NCBI GenBank assembly: GCA_038832005.1
Contig: JAWBJZ010000001.1
Span: forward strand, 1 to 59,356
Source of the DNA: Candidatus Caldarchaeum sp.
GTDB taxonomy: Archaea; Thermoproteota; Nitrososphaeria_A; Caldarchaeales; Caldarchaeaceae
Direction of reading: 5' to 3'
Length of the DNA stretch: 59,356 nucleotides
Numbering within the stretch: position 1 is the first letter of the stretch; each line of letters opens with the position of its first letter. Below are positions 34,815-43,665 of this stretch, piece by piece. The notes under the pieces are model-generated. The model saw only the letters and a program-made list of their open reading frames with translations, was not told where the DNA came from and did not search any database. The position numbers and the translations under genes are program-made.

Positions 34815-36401
34815 ATGAACGTGGCAGCCCGTCGCAGGTTCACGATACCGAGGACGGAGATGCAGCACATAGAGTTTAAGGAGAAACTCATTCCCGAAAT
34901 ACATCTCCGGGATGAGAAGAGACAGAAGCTCGCCAGCCAGATGAAGCATCGAATAGAGCTTGGAGGCGGGACGGCGGTTTACATACTCGGCGTCAAGGAC
35001 GACGGCACCGCTGCCGGCGTTTCCGACATTGAGCTTGAGGAAAGCCTGAGCGTTCTGAGGCAGGTGGCTTCCGAGTGTGGCGCATCGATAGTCAAGGTTG
35101 AGAGGTTCGAGGGCAACGGCGGCGTTATCGCAAGGGTTGTAATCTCATCTGTCACGGAACCCAGCGGCAATCATTTGATAGTCTCCGTTGCAGGACATGT
35201 CAACCACGGCAAGTCAACCTTCCTAGCCTGTCTGATAACAGGCGAGAAAGATGACGGTCGCAAATGGCTTTATCTCGACACGCTTCCCCACGAGGTTGAA
35301 AGAAATCTATCAGCAGACCTACACTTTGCGGTTTTAGGGTTCAAAAGCAAGCAGCCCTGTTTTCTCACAAACCCTCTCGATAAAAGCGAGAGGATGAGGG
35401 TCATGAGAGAGTCCGACAAGCTTATCAGCTTCGTCGACACAGTTGGGCATGAGCCCTGGCTGAGGACAACAATCCGAGGATTGCTCGGACAGGAAATAGA
35501 CTACGGTTTTCTCATCGTCGCCGCCGACGACGGCCCCACGCACATCACGCGAGAACACTTGGGGATAATGCTCGCGATGGGGTTGCCAGTGGTCGTTTGC
35601 ATCACGAAAACCGATAAGGTTAAGCCGGAACGGGTTGAAGAAGTTGTGAACGAGATATCATCCACGTTGAAGAGGGTCGGACGCATTCCTATGCTAGTTA
35701 AGTCCGAAGACGACGTCAACCTTGTGGTGGACAAGATGTCAGTGATAGTTCCAATTCTACGAACATCCTCAGCGACAAGAGAGGGGTACGACCTCGTCTA
35801 TTCGTTGTTGCGTTCTTTGCCGTTGAGAGAGAAAAAGTCTGACGAGCCCTTCCTACTCTACATCGACAGGGTTTATGATGTGGAGGGGGTTGGAAGCGTG
35901 GTGTCCGGCTCGGTTAAGCAGGGCAGGCTTAAGGCAGGGTCTGAGCTTCTGCTGGGTCCGACCGCTAACGGAAGCTACATCCCTGTCAGGGCGAGAAGCA
36001 TCGAAATGCATTACACACGTTTGACTGAGGCTCAGCCGGGTTACATAGTTGGGATAGCGGTTAAAGGTGTGGGGCATGATTTGCTTCACCGCGGCATGAT
36101 TCTCTGCGACCGAACGCTGAGGCCGCAGAGCGTGTGGGGGTTCGAAGCCGAGGTAACGGTTCTGTCCCATCCGACGAGAATCGGCGACGGATACGAGCCG
36201 ATACTCCACTGCCACACCATAGCATCCACGGTTAAAATGAGGATGCTGGACAAGCCTTATCTGAAGGCAGGGGAGACTGGGAGGGTTGAGATGCGTTTCA
36301 AATACAGGCCGTTCTACGTCCGGCCGGGCGACAGGTTTGTCTTCCGTGAGGGCAAGACCAAGGGCATAGGCATGATAACTAAGCTGACCGAAGCTAACTA
36401 A
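34815..36401 (+). CDS. EF-Tu-fold translational GTPase, GTPBP1-like
   Basis: G1 'AGHVNHGKSTF', G3 'DTVGHEPW', G4 'ITKTDK', followed by beta-barrel domains ('VEGVGSVVSGSVKQGRLKAG'). The N-terminal ~110-aa extension is as in GTPBP1. Confidence 0.8.
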   Translation: MNVAARRRFTIPRTEMQHIEFKEKLIPEIHLRDEKRQKLASQMKHRIELGGGTAVYILGVKDDGTAAGVSDIELEESLSVLRQVASECGASIVKVERFEGNGGVIARVVISSVTEPSGNHLIVSVAGHVNHGKSTFLACLITGEKDDGRKWLYLDTLPHEVERNLSADLHFAVLGFKSKQPCFLTNPLDKSERMRVMRESDKLISFVDTVGHEPWLRTTIRGLLGQEIDYGFLIVAADDGPTHITREHLGIMLAMGLPVVVCITKTDKVKPERVEEVVNEISSTLKRVGRIPMLVKSEDDVNLVVDKMSVIVPILRTSSATREGYDLVYSLLRSLPLREKKSDEPFLLYIDRVYDVEGVGSVVSGSVKQGRLKAGSELLLGPTANGSYIPVRARSIEMHYTRLTEAQPGYIVGIAVKGVGHDLLHRGMILCDRTLRPQSVWGFEAEVTVLSHPTRIGDGYEPILHCHTIASTVKMRMLDKPYLKAGETGRVEMRFKYRPFYVRPGDRFVFREGKTKGIGMITKLTEAN

Positions 36402-36733
36402 GATGCTCCTAGCTTGACTTTGAGGAAGTCGGGAATAACGCCTTTTTTGGCCAGTTCCAGAGCTTGGTTGTGCGTAAAGCGCCACCAAACATCGCCGCGG
36501 CTTTCCCTCTGAAAATCCCACGGCGAAACTAGGACAAGGTCGCCCTCCTTAATCCATATGCGGCGTTTGAGCTGGCCTCTTATCCTGCATATTCTCTGTT
36601 TGCCGTCGGCGCAGTCGACCAAAAGCCTGTCATAGCCATACATCTTGCTCACCACGCCGTAGACGTCGCCCGGCCCAGGCTCAACAGCCTGGTCAAGCTC
36701 GTCCGGCTCTGAGACAATCTTCCGTTTGCCCAT
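36398..36733 (-). CDS. eif1a: translation initiation factor aIF1A
   Basis: 'GDVYGVVSKMYGYDRLLVDCADGKQRICRIRGQLKRRIWIKEGDLVLVSPWDFQ..RGDVWWRF' is the S1-like OB fold of eIF1A. Start set at the ATG at 36733 (MGKRK). Confidence 0.9.
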   Translation of the reverse strand: MGKRKIVSEPDELDQAVEPGPGDVYGVVSKMYGYDRLLVDCADGKQRICRIRGQLKRRIWIKEGDLVLVSPWDFQRESRGDVWWRFTHNQALELAKKGVIPDFLKVKLGAS

Positions 36734-36789
36734 CGAACCTCTTCCACCAACAGTGTTCAACAGCGGTATTTAACGTGTGTTCAACCGTT

Positions 36790-37000
36790 TTATGTGATGA
36801 TTTGCGCGAACTGTTTGGGGTCGATGTTCCCCCTGTCAGCATTAAAACTGTCTTGAGACCCTTGAGCTTGCTGGCATGTTTGTAGGCTGCCGCCGTCGAA
36901 GCAGCCCCAGCCAGCTCGGCCACCTGTCTAACTCCAAGGTAAAGCTTGGCCACAGCCCTTTCCATCTCAACGGCTTCAGATGCTTCCGCAGCATGTTCCT
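36790..37000 (-). pseudogene. C-terminal relic of a fold-type-II PLP enzyme (threonine/serine dehydratase-like), frameshifted
   Basis: The minus strand reads '..EAVEMERAVAKLYLGVRQVAELAGAASTAAAYKHASKLKGLKTVLMLTGG', then a shift to another frame gives 'NIDPKQFAQIIT*'. This matches the '..vEpaGAaalAAl....l.G.kvv.vlSGGNid...l..ii' C-terminus. No N-terminal ~250 aa are present. Confidence 0.55.
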
Positions 37001-37053
37001 GGCCCTGTAAACTTGGTTCATCGAAGCATGGACTAATAACGCGTACAAGATAA

Positions 37054-38181
37054 CTATTGCTTTTGTCTCATGATGTGTGCGAGGAGGGTTAACGCTGTGG
37101 CTTGTACTGTCACAGCGTAGAGGATTGTTAAGAGTAAGGGCACGTCTGCTTCAATCATGTAACCGTATGCGACTCCAGCCGCTGCGCTACCCATTCCAAC
37201 AGCCAAACCGTATAAAGCATATGAGCCTCCCAAGCCTTCTCGTCCCGCTAAATGGGCTACCATCGCCCTGAAGACCGATTCCTGAGCGCCGATGACAACA
37301 CCTATCAACAGAGAGCAGAGCATCAGCAGGACAAGCGGCGCGTTGATGAAGAGCGCTGGGAAGATGGATATCAACACCGCTGTGGCTATGACCTTTCCAC
37401 CCCATTTGTCGAACGCTCTACCCAACATCAGCCCCGCAACCGCATCCACAACCATGGCGACCGCGTACGCTGCTGGAATATACAGAGAGCCTTCCCCCAT
37501 TTCCACGGAAATCATGTAAAGCACGAGAGGCAGGGGAAGGAGGCCAGCTGAGTTCAACCCAGCCGCTGCCGAATAGAGGAAAATTCTTTTGGATGGTCTC
37601 ATCTGCTTGAACAAACGGGGTGGTTCACTGTATTCCGGTATAAAGAGGAGCGAAATGAGAAGCAGCGTGTAGGGGATTGCCATGTACAGGTAGACGGCGG
37701 GGGTTGAGTTATGGATGGCGAGGATGGCGATAGCGAGTAGAGGGCCGGCGGTGGCGCCCGCCTGGTCCATGAACTCGTGGATGCCGAAGGCAGTTCCAAG
37801 ACCCACTTCTCCCTTGAGCCGTGCAAGCATGGCGTCACGTGAGGGTGACCTCACGCCTCTGAAAACTCTTTCAGCAAACGCCAACCCAACCAGAGGCAGC
37901 CAAGTTTGCGCAAATGCCATCAACGGGATGACGATGAGCCCGCCATACCCAAGCCTCACAACCAAAGCGTACCTTCCTGTCTTATCTGCTATAAATCCAC
38001 CCAACGGTCTAGCGGCCCATCCGGCAAACTCCGCAAGCCCCAGCGAAGCTCCAACAAGAAGGGCGTTCATGCCCAGCTGACGCATGTAGTCGGGGAGTAT
38101 TGCTCTACCCCCCTCGTAGACGAAATCCCCGAGCAGGCTTGCAAGACCTAGCACAAGTATAACACGGTATCCTGTGGACAA
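37054..38181 (-). CDS. MFS transporter (12 TM)
   Basis: 375 aa; 'GGFIADKTGRY' MFS loop 2-3 motif and about 12 hydrophobic segments. Confidence 0.78.
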   Translation of the reverse strand: MSTGYRVILVLGLASLLGDFVYEGGRAILPDYMRQLGMNALLVGASLGLAEFAGWAARPLGGFIADKTGRYALVVRLGYGGLIVIPLMAFAQTWLPLVGLAFAERVFRGVRSPSRDAMLARLKGEVGLGTAFGIHEFMDQAGATAGPLLAIAILAIHNSTPAVYLYMAIPYTLLLISLLFIPEYSEPPRLFKQMRPSKRIFLYSAAAGLNSAGLLPLPLVLYMISVEMGEGSLYIPAAYAVAMVVDAVAGLMLGRAFDKWGGKVIATAVLISIFPALFINAPLVLLMLCSLLIGVVIGAQESVFRAMVAHLAGREGLGGSYALYGLAVGMGSAAAGVAYGYMIEADVPLLLTILYAVTVQATALTLLAHIMRQKQ

Positions 38182-38190
38182 CGCATCGCG

Positions 38191-39012
38191 TCAACCTTCA
38201 GAAAACTCGCAGCCGAATGATTTAGGGTTGTTTCCCATGCTATGGAGGGTTTTTATCAGCTCGATGAGTTTGTTCACTTCGTCTTCCGACAGTGTCTCGA
38301 GCACATCCAGCTTGTTTTTTATTATGTCTTTGACCTCTGACGTGATTGGCGAAGTGGTTCTAGCCGTAGATAGAAGGGTTGAGCCGAGCGTTGAGATGAA
38401 AACCCCGATGACAGCTATACCGGTGACCATGAGTATCGAGCCTATGATTCTTCCACCCAGCGTCACAGGAACCACGTCCCCGTAGCCAACGGTCGTCACC
38501 GTGGCCAGCGACCACCAAAAAGCATCACCCAAATCTCTTATCTTTGACTCAGGCACATCGACTTCGAGAATATATGCTGAAAGGGTTCCGACGAAGATGA
38601 ACGCGGCTGAAACGGCTAGAAGATAGGCTAAGCGGCTTCGTATAATGACCTGTGAAACACGTTGTATCGTCCTCGCCGTCCGGGCCGCGGCGATGGCAAG
38701 CCTTAGCAGTCTGAAAAACCTGAACCCGCGTAAAACGGCCCCGATGTACGTTTGAGTTTCAAGAAAATAGAACAAGGCGAGAGGCAGCAACGCCACAGCC
38801 TCATACCAGCAGCTCAGAACGTATCTCGGAGCGTTACCCGAAGCCTTGGCCCTGCGAAGAAGGTCTACCAGCAAAACAACTACGATGACGCCGTCCACCG
38901 CCATCACAGCAAAAAGCTCAGCAAACTCTAGGGCCACAAAATGTTCCACGAGAATAAGGCATATCGACGCTGTAGCCAACATGCTTGCGGTTAACTCCCA
39001 CCTCGACGCCAT
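38191..39012 (-). CDS. voltage-gated K+ channel (6-TM, KvAP-like)
   Basis: S4-like 'LRGFRFFRLLRLAIAAARTARTIQR' with Arg at every third position. Selectivity filter 'TVTTVGYGD'. Soluble C-terminal tail. Confidence 0.85.
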   Translation of the reverse strand: MASRWELTASMLATASICLILVEHFVALEFAELFAVMAVDGVIVVVLLVDLLRRAKASGNAPRYVLSCWYEAVALLPLALFYFLETQTYIGAVLRGFRFFRLLRLAIAAARTARTIQRVSQVIIRSRLAYLLAVSAAFIFVGTLSAYILEVDVPESKIRDLGDAFWWSLATVTTVGYGDVVPVTLGGRIIGSILMVTGIAVIGVFISTLGSTLLSTARTTSPITSEVKDIIKNKLDVLETLSEDEVNKLIELIKTLHSMGNNPKSFGCEFSEG

Positions 39013-39026
39013 GGCTGGACAAAAAG

Positions 39027-40064
39027 CTACTTTGTGTAAATAGTTTTTCTCAGAAGTGTTTTAACCGGTCCTAGGATGAGAAAAGCGATAACCGAGATCA
39101 CGGTAACGATTCCTGAAAGAGACCACATGCCGACGTTCAACATTGCGGCTGAAAATATTCTCATGGCGGTGGCTGCCTGCAGCATGAAGAAAGGGACATA
39201 CAGATATGGGCTGTACATGTGTTTGGTCTTGAGGATGGCTGGCAAGATTATGGGGGCGTGTGTGAAGACCATCGTCGCGACGAACCCGAGAAAAACCGAG
39301 TGCAGGATTGTGTCAAGCGATGATGAGAGGCTCCACAAAACGATGGACATCGCCAGCCATGCGTAAGCAGTTCCGAGACCAAACGCTAGGTAACGGCTAA
39401 ACCCCGTTCTTCTGAAAAGCCGTAGGGCAACATCATGCCGGGCGGCTGAAAAAAGCAGTAACCCGAACGAGGCCGCAATCAGGTTCTTGCTAACAAACGC
39501 CAACCCCACCAAAGCAGTAGGCACGCTCAAACCAGCCACCACATATGAGGTTGGCCTTGCGTTCACTATCTTCATCATATCCATCCTCTCCCCGACTATG
39601 AACGCTACGAAAAACCCAGCCCAGGCTAGGCCATACCAAGCAGAGGGAAGACCGCGGATGAAGAGTGCGACTCCCACCAGAAGAAGGACGGCTGCGAACG
39701 TGAAGAACAGGTTTGAAAAATTTTTGGGGAAATTCAACCACATCCAACCCGTCCACATGACGAAGGAAAGCACGCCGCCTGTCCAAAGAACATCCGTAAC
39801 AAGCTCGAAACCAAGCGCCAGCAGCAACCCTCCACAGCTGAAAAGAATGCTTGCAACATTCATGAACAAATTGTTTAATGCTATGGCCCTTTCAGCGGCT
39901 ATCAACGCGGCCAGGAAGCCAACCACCATCAACGCACCGTGATGCTGGACGGCATGCTGCAACAACTGAGGTAGAACACCCATTCTGCTCAGACCGCCGT
40001 AAAGTCCTAGCAGTAAACACGCAACTGAAGAAGAGATCAGGATACGGACTGTACGAACGGTCAT
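39027..40064 (-). CDS. polytopic membrane protein, family not recognised
   Basis: 345 aa, about 10 TMs. His-containing motifs 'VQHHGALMVVGFLAALIAAERA' and 'LHSVFLGFVATMVFTHAPIILP' recur in the two halves. Its start overlaps the upstream gene stop (ATGA). Confidence 0.6.
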   Translation of the reverse strand: MTVRTVRILISSSVACLLLGLYGGLSRMGVLPQLLQHAVQHHGALMVVGFLAALIAAERAIALNNLFMNVASILFSCGGLLLALGFELVTDVLWTGGVLSFVMWTGWMWLNFPKNFSNLFFTFAAVLLLVGVALFIRGLPSAWYGLAWAGFFVAFIVGERMDMMKIVNARPTSYVVAGLSVPTALVGLAFVSKNLIAASFGLLLFSAARHDVALRLFRRTGFSRYLAFGLGTAYAWLAMSIVLWSLSSSLDTILHSVFLGFVATMVFTHAPIILPAILKTKHMYSPYLYVPFFMLQAATAMRIFSAAMLNVGMWSLSGIVTVISVIAFLILGPVKTLLRKTIYTK

Positions 40065-41074
40065 GAAGAATGTTGACCTGGGTCTTGTCTTAAACGGTCT
40101 GCCTGTCTCTTCGAGAGGGAATCTATCGCGTTTTCTAAGGGCTGCCTCACTTTATCAAGCAGCTCCTCCACGGTATCCGCTTCGAAGACATCGATGCTGA
40201 AGGTTTTCGCCACCCTGACCGCCTTCTGGTCGGCTTTTCCCAAAACAAACAGCATTGTACCACCAGCCTTCACGTCAAAGCTTTTTGTGAAAAGTTCGTA
40301 AACCTTAGATTCTTGAACCCCAGCCACCACATCTACAACAACACCCGACGGCGGCGATGTTCCCTGTTTAGAGACAAACAACGTAAACTCGTGTGTGATT
40401 CCGGAATAGCCTGCTATCTGAGCAGGATGCTTAACAACATAGTTCTTGGATTCAAGATATAATATGATTGGCGAAACGTCGACGAATGCTCCGTAAGACT
40501 TCAGCTTGTCATAAACCACGACGTATCTGTTGACAGGCTTTGACGCGAGCTCGTCTTCAGAGAAGGCTTTCATACATTTAGCGCATACGTATCTTTTGAC
40601 CGGCGAGGCTGTAACACGCCCGCATGAAAAACACTTGTAAAAAAGGCCGGCAGGTCTGTAGTCAACGCCAGCAGCGGTAAGTTTTTTCCCGCATTTTGGG
40701 CAAACAAACCCCTTATCGCGGAAACTCTGCTCCAAGTCAACATATCCACATAACAAATGTTCTACCACGTTTCCTTTCAGCATTTGGCCCGAGCTGCACG
40801 TGGGACAGACTAACTTAACGGTTAGGCATCCATGGCCGCAGCCGGGGCACGCCATTATTGATTCGTGCAGCTGCTTTTCCAGAACCCCCATTTTTGACAA
40901 TGCTTCTAAGACGTTCACAGTGTCGGTGCTGTCGCTGTTTAAAGCTTCTTCGGCGAACGGGTAACGGTATTCACCTGCGGTAAGCTCTGGCATCAAAGAT
41001 TCTATGCCTGAGTCGATGATTCTTTTGATGAGCTGTCGCACTTCTTTTCTCCCCATGACCGTATCCGAGCTCAC
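40061..41074 (-). CDS. putative wHTH protein with four CxxC zinc-ribbon knuckle pairs and an alpha/beta C-terminal domain (possibly TackOD1-like)
   Basis: 'CPGCGHGCLTVKLVCPTCSS', 'EHLLCGYV', 'CPKCGKKL', 'YKCFSCGRV', 'YVCAKCMK'. The N-terminal region ends 'VNVLEALSKMGVLEK'. The TackOD1 assignment is from memory and unverified. Confidence 0.55.
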   Translation of the reverse strand: MSSDTVMGRKEVRQLIKRIIDSGIESLMPELTAGEYRYPFAEEALNSDSTDTVNVLEALSKMGVLEKQLHESIMACPGCGHGCLTVKLVCPTCSSGQMLKGNVVEHLLCGYVDLEQSFRDKGFVCPKCGKKLTAAGVDYRPAGLFYKCFSCGRVTASPVKRYVCAKCMKAFSEDELASKPVNRYVVVYDKLKSYGAFVDVSPIILYLESKNYVVKHPAQIAGYSGITHEFTLFVSKQGTSPPSGVVVDVVAGVQESKVYELFTKSFDVKAGGTMLFVLGKADQKAVRVAKTFSIDVFEADTVEELLDKVRQPLENAIDSLSKRQADRLRQDPGQHSS

Positions 41075-41496
41075 CGCCGGTGAAGCCTCCTTGAATGTTC
41101 GAGCCTTGTCGCTAGCAGGTCTCTTAAAAGCCTTTTCAAGTATCTATACAACCCGCGGTCACATTTGGCGGATGTTTCAGAAGATTTGCGGGCCGCATCT
41201 CTCGATTGGTTTTCTGATTGATGGAAATCGTCCATCCAGCGCTTCATTTTGGACTTGCATTGCGGGAAAACTGGCGGTATTTGATGAAAATCAGCTCGGA
41301 ACTGTGTCGTCGGCTCGTTTGTCAAACCCGTTTTTCCGCAGGATGTTGGGTTGAATGTGCTGAAATGTTCGAATGTTTCCCGTATCTGCGTAGAGTCGTG
41401 GAGATGTGTGAAAAACATCCGGCGGCCGGTGTTCACGCCAAATCGGTCAACCATCGTCCAAAACCATACACAGCCAGTTCCGGCTGCGCTCCCCAA
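41071..41496 (-). CDS. hypothetical protein (uncertain)
   Basis: 141-aa ORF whose TGA overlaps the ATG of the downstream gene (ATGA). No recognisable motifs, and competing ORFs exist on the plus strand. Confidence 0.3.
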   Translation of the reverse strand: MGSAAGTGCVWFWTMVDRFGVNTGRRMFFTHLHDSTQIRETFEHFSTFNPTSCGKTGLTNEPTTQFRADFHQIPPVFPQCKSKMKRWMDDFHQSENQSRDAARKSSETSAKCDRGLYRYLKRLLRDLLATRLEHSRRLHRR

Positions 41497-41523
41497 GCCT
41501 ATTTTGTAACGTGCCGCGTTGCA

Positions 41524-41558
41524 TAAAAAGATGTGGGTGACCCGGCTTGTAACCGGGC
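41524..41558 (-). terminator. possible alba terminator: 5-bp GC hairpin followed by an oligo-T tract
   Basis: Minus strand: CCCGG-TTACAAG-CCGGG, then ..CTTTTTAT, immediately after the alba stop (41567). Confidence 0.35.
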
Positions 41559-41566
41559 TTGTCCTC

Positions 41567-41878
41567 CTACTTCTTGGATGCCTTCGGCTGCGAGACGATT
41601 ATTTCGATCGTGCTGACGTTCCTCGGCCGGCCGTCGTTTCCAACCCTTCCTTCCTCAGTTCCTATGTTGACCTTTTCTACAACGGCGTTTTGGACGAACC
41701 TTCTTCGGACAACCTCAACGACGTCAACTGCTTTGGCTATCGCTCTTCCACGTGCCTTCAGAATGACACGCTTGCCTTCGGCTAAGGGAAGGGTTGTCGC
41801 CAGCACGTAGTTCATCGTCGGCTTTTTTCCCACAAGGACCACGGAGTCTTCGACCATCTTCACCGCCTTTTCTTGCAC
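41567..41878 (-). CDS. albA: Alba (Sso10b) DNA/RNA-binding protein
   Basis: 'VLVGKKPTMNYVLATTLPLAEGKRVILKARGRAIAKAVDVVEVVRRRF' and 'STIEIIV'. The start may be the ATG at 41857. Confidence 0.92.
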   Translation of the reverse strand: MQEKAVKMVEDSVVLVGKKPTMNYVLATTLPLAEGKRVILKARGRAIAKAVDVVEVVRRRFVQNAVVEKVNIGTEEGRVGNDGRPRNVSTIEIIVSQPKASKK

Positions 41879-41908
41879 ACATTTTAGGATAAAGCGGAGA
41901 TAAAAATG

Positions 41909-42637
41909 TTAAGTCGCGGGATTAAAAACAGAAAACAGAGATTCACGTAAGTTCATCGGCTTGAAGCCATTCAAAACAGACAAAACGTCTATAACGTTTT
42001 TCTCCAGCAAGCTTTGGTCTCTGACGGTTTCAGCCACATCCTGCCCTGCCAAACAAACCATCGGAACCACTTCGTTCCGATGGTTGACGTAACCTGTTTG
42101 TCTCTCGCTGAAGGCGAGCGAGCCAACTGGCCTAAGAACCCCGTTAACGGAATAAGTGTAAGACAAGGCTATCTTCCCGCCGTGAAAAACCGCTGTGACA
42201 TGATGGGAAGGCTTGGTCTCTATGGTTAAGCATGTTTCAGACCTAACGTCCGAAACAAAGGCGGCTTGGAAGGCTTTCAAGCCTTCGACAAACCTTGGTC
42301 GGCAGTCAACGACTTCATCGTTCGAATGCTCTGGCATTCTATGGCTGAACCGTATCTCGTTGTATGATAGGACGTCTTCAAGCAGCGGTGTTGTCCTGCA
42401 TAGGTAAACGTGTGTAGCCAGTCTAAAGCTCGTTCCATCAACGTAGCATGTGTCAGCCTCAGCCTCGGAATGGTGTTCAGCGTCAACACCAACCTCTGAC
42501 AGAAAAGTCTTCGTCAACGCTGCAAAAGGGAAGAGACCAAGCCTTCTAGCTGGATGGACTATGGTGACGTGGTGGCCTTGGTTGACAAGCCGGACGGCTG
42601 TTGCAACAGCGAAAACGGAGCCGCCTAGAACAAGCAA
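41909..42637 (-). CDS. hypothetical protein with a degenerate N-terminal Rossmann-like motif
   Basis: 'LVLGGSVFAVATAVRLVNQGHHVTIV'. TTG start. No further motif recognised. Confidence 0.45.
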   Translation of the reverse strand: MLVLGGSVFAVATAVRLVNQGHHVTIVHPARRLGLFPFAALTKTFLSEVGVDAEHHSEAEADTCYVDGTSFRLATHVYLCRTTPLLEDVLSYNEIRFSHRMPEHSNDEVVDCRPRFVEGLKAFQAAFVSDVRSETCLTIETKPSHHVTAVFHGGKIALSYTYSVNGVLRPVGSLAFSERQTGYVNHRNEVVPMVCLAGQDVAETVRDQSLLEKNVIDVLSVLNGFKPMNLRESLFSVFNPAT

Positions 42638-42742
42638 AACCCTACCACAGACAGATGCTTCAGCTCTGCTAAAAACCTAGCGAAGTATGTTTCCACACCA
42701 TGGCTGCTGGATAACATGTTTTTAACTCCGTGACACAGCGTT

Positions 42743-43621
42743 TTGAGCGTGAACGTTTCATACCGCGAGGCTTCTGATGTGGATTTGGCGAAAGCCTGCA
42801 TACCTCGCAGGTCTACGTCTAGGAAAGGTGAGAACGGAGTTGTGTTGGTGGTTGGCGGCAGCTGGCTTTACCATGGCGCGCCTTTTCTCGTCTCCATGGC
42901 TGCCATGCGGTCGGGCGTGGACCTAGTCTACGTCGCCGTACCCGAAAAGATAGCGACAGCCGTTCGCTCTCTCTCGCCATCGCTGATTGTGCTTCCACTC
43001 CCCGACTACAAGCTTACGTCAAAGTCTCTCGACAGGCTTGAAAAAGTTTTAGACAACGTGACAGCGGCCGCCATCGGCCCAGGTCTGGCTAAAGGCTGCG
43101 AAAAAGGAATCCTCAAGCTCGTTGACATCCTTGACGAGAAAAACGTTGGAATCGTCTTGGATGCTACAGCCTTGTTCCGCGACGTTCTTCTCCATGTCGC
43201 CGGAAGAAAATGCGTTTTAACGCCCCACGCAGGCGAGTTCAAAAGGCTCTACGGCTCCGAGCCTGGGTCTACACTGGAGGAAAGGGTGAACAACGTCTTC
43301 GAAGCCAGCAAACATCATAGGGTTGTCACTCTCCTCAAAGGACCTGCGGACGTTGTGTCTGACGGTTTTGAAGTGGTGGTGAACAGGAAAGAGCCTTTGT
43401 CTGCAGCCATGACGGTGGGCGGGACGGGCGATGTTTTGACAGGGATTGCTGCAGGGTTTGTTGCAAAAGGCGTCACCCCTATGAATGCAGCCGTAGCCGC
43501 CGCAGTTGCAAACGGCCTTGCAGGAGTTTACGCAGCCCATAAAAAAGGATTTCACATAACGCCTGAAGACGTCATAGAGGAGATTCCGGCGGTTCTTAAA
43601 AGGTTCGACAGTGTTGTTTGA
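42743..43621 (+). CDS. nnrD: ADP/ATP-dependent NAD(P)H-hydrate dehydratase (YjeF C-terminal family)
   Basis: 'KGENGVVLVVGGSWLYHGAPFLVSMAAMRSGVDLVYVAVP', 'VLTPHAGEF', 'LLKGPADVV', 'GGTGDVLTGIAAGF'. Confidence 0.87.
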   Translation: MSVNVSYREASDVDLAKACIPRRSTSRKGENGVVLVVGGSWLYHGAPFLVSMAAMRSGVDLVYVAVPEKIATAVRSLSPSLIVLPLPDYKLTSKSLDRLEKVLDNVTAAAIGPGLAKGCEKGILKLVDILDEKNVGIVLDATALFRDVLLHVAGRKCVLTPHAGEFKRLYGSEPGSTLEERVNNVFEASKHHRVVTLLKGPADVVSDGFEVVVNRKEPLSAAMTVGGTGDVLTGIAAGFVAKGVTPMNAAVAAAVANGLAGVYAAHKKGFHITPEDVIEEIPAVLKRFDSVV

Positions 43622-43665
43622 TAAAGTTTTTCACAGACTAAAGATATGTTGTCACGGGGGTTTGT

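Noticed and set aside
36693-37048. Track ORFs 36693..36965 and 36842..37048 as genuine small genes
   Set aside because: They are better explained as reading frames through a frameshifted PLP-enzyme relic. One frame carries the 'ELAGAAS...LTGG' motif and another the 'NIDPKQFAQIIT' end.
41004-41526. Plus-strand ORFs 41004..41354 and 41218..41526
   Set aside because: They overlap each other and the minus-strand ORF 41071..41496, and they have no motifs. The minus ORF at least has an ATGA junction with the downstream gene. None is well supported, so only the minus ORF is listed, at low confidence.
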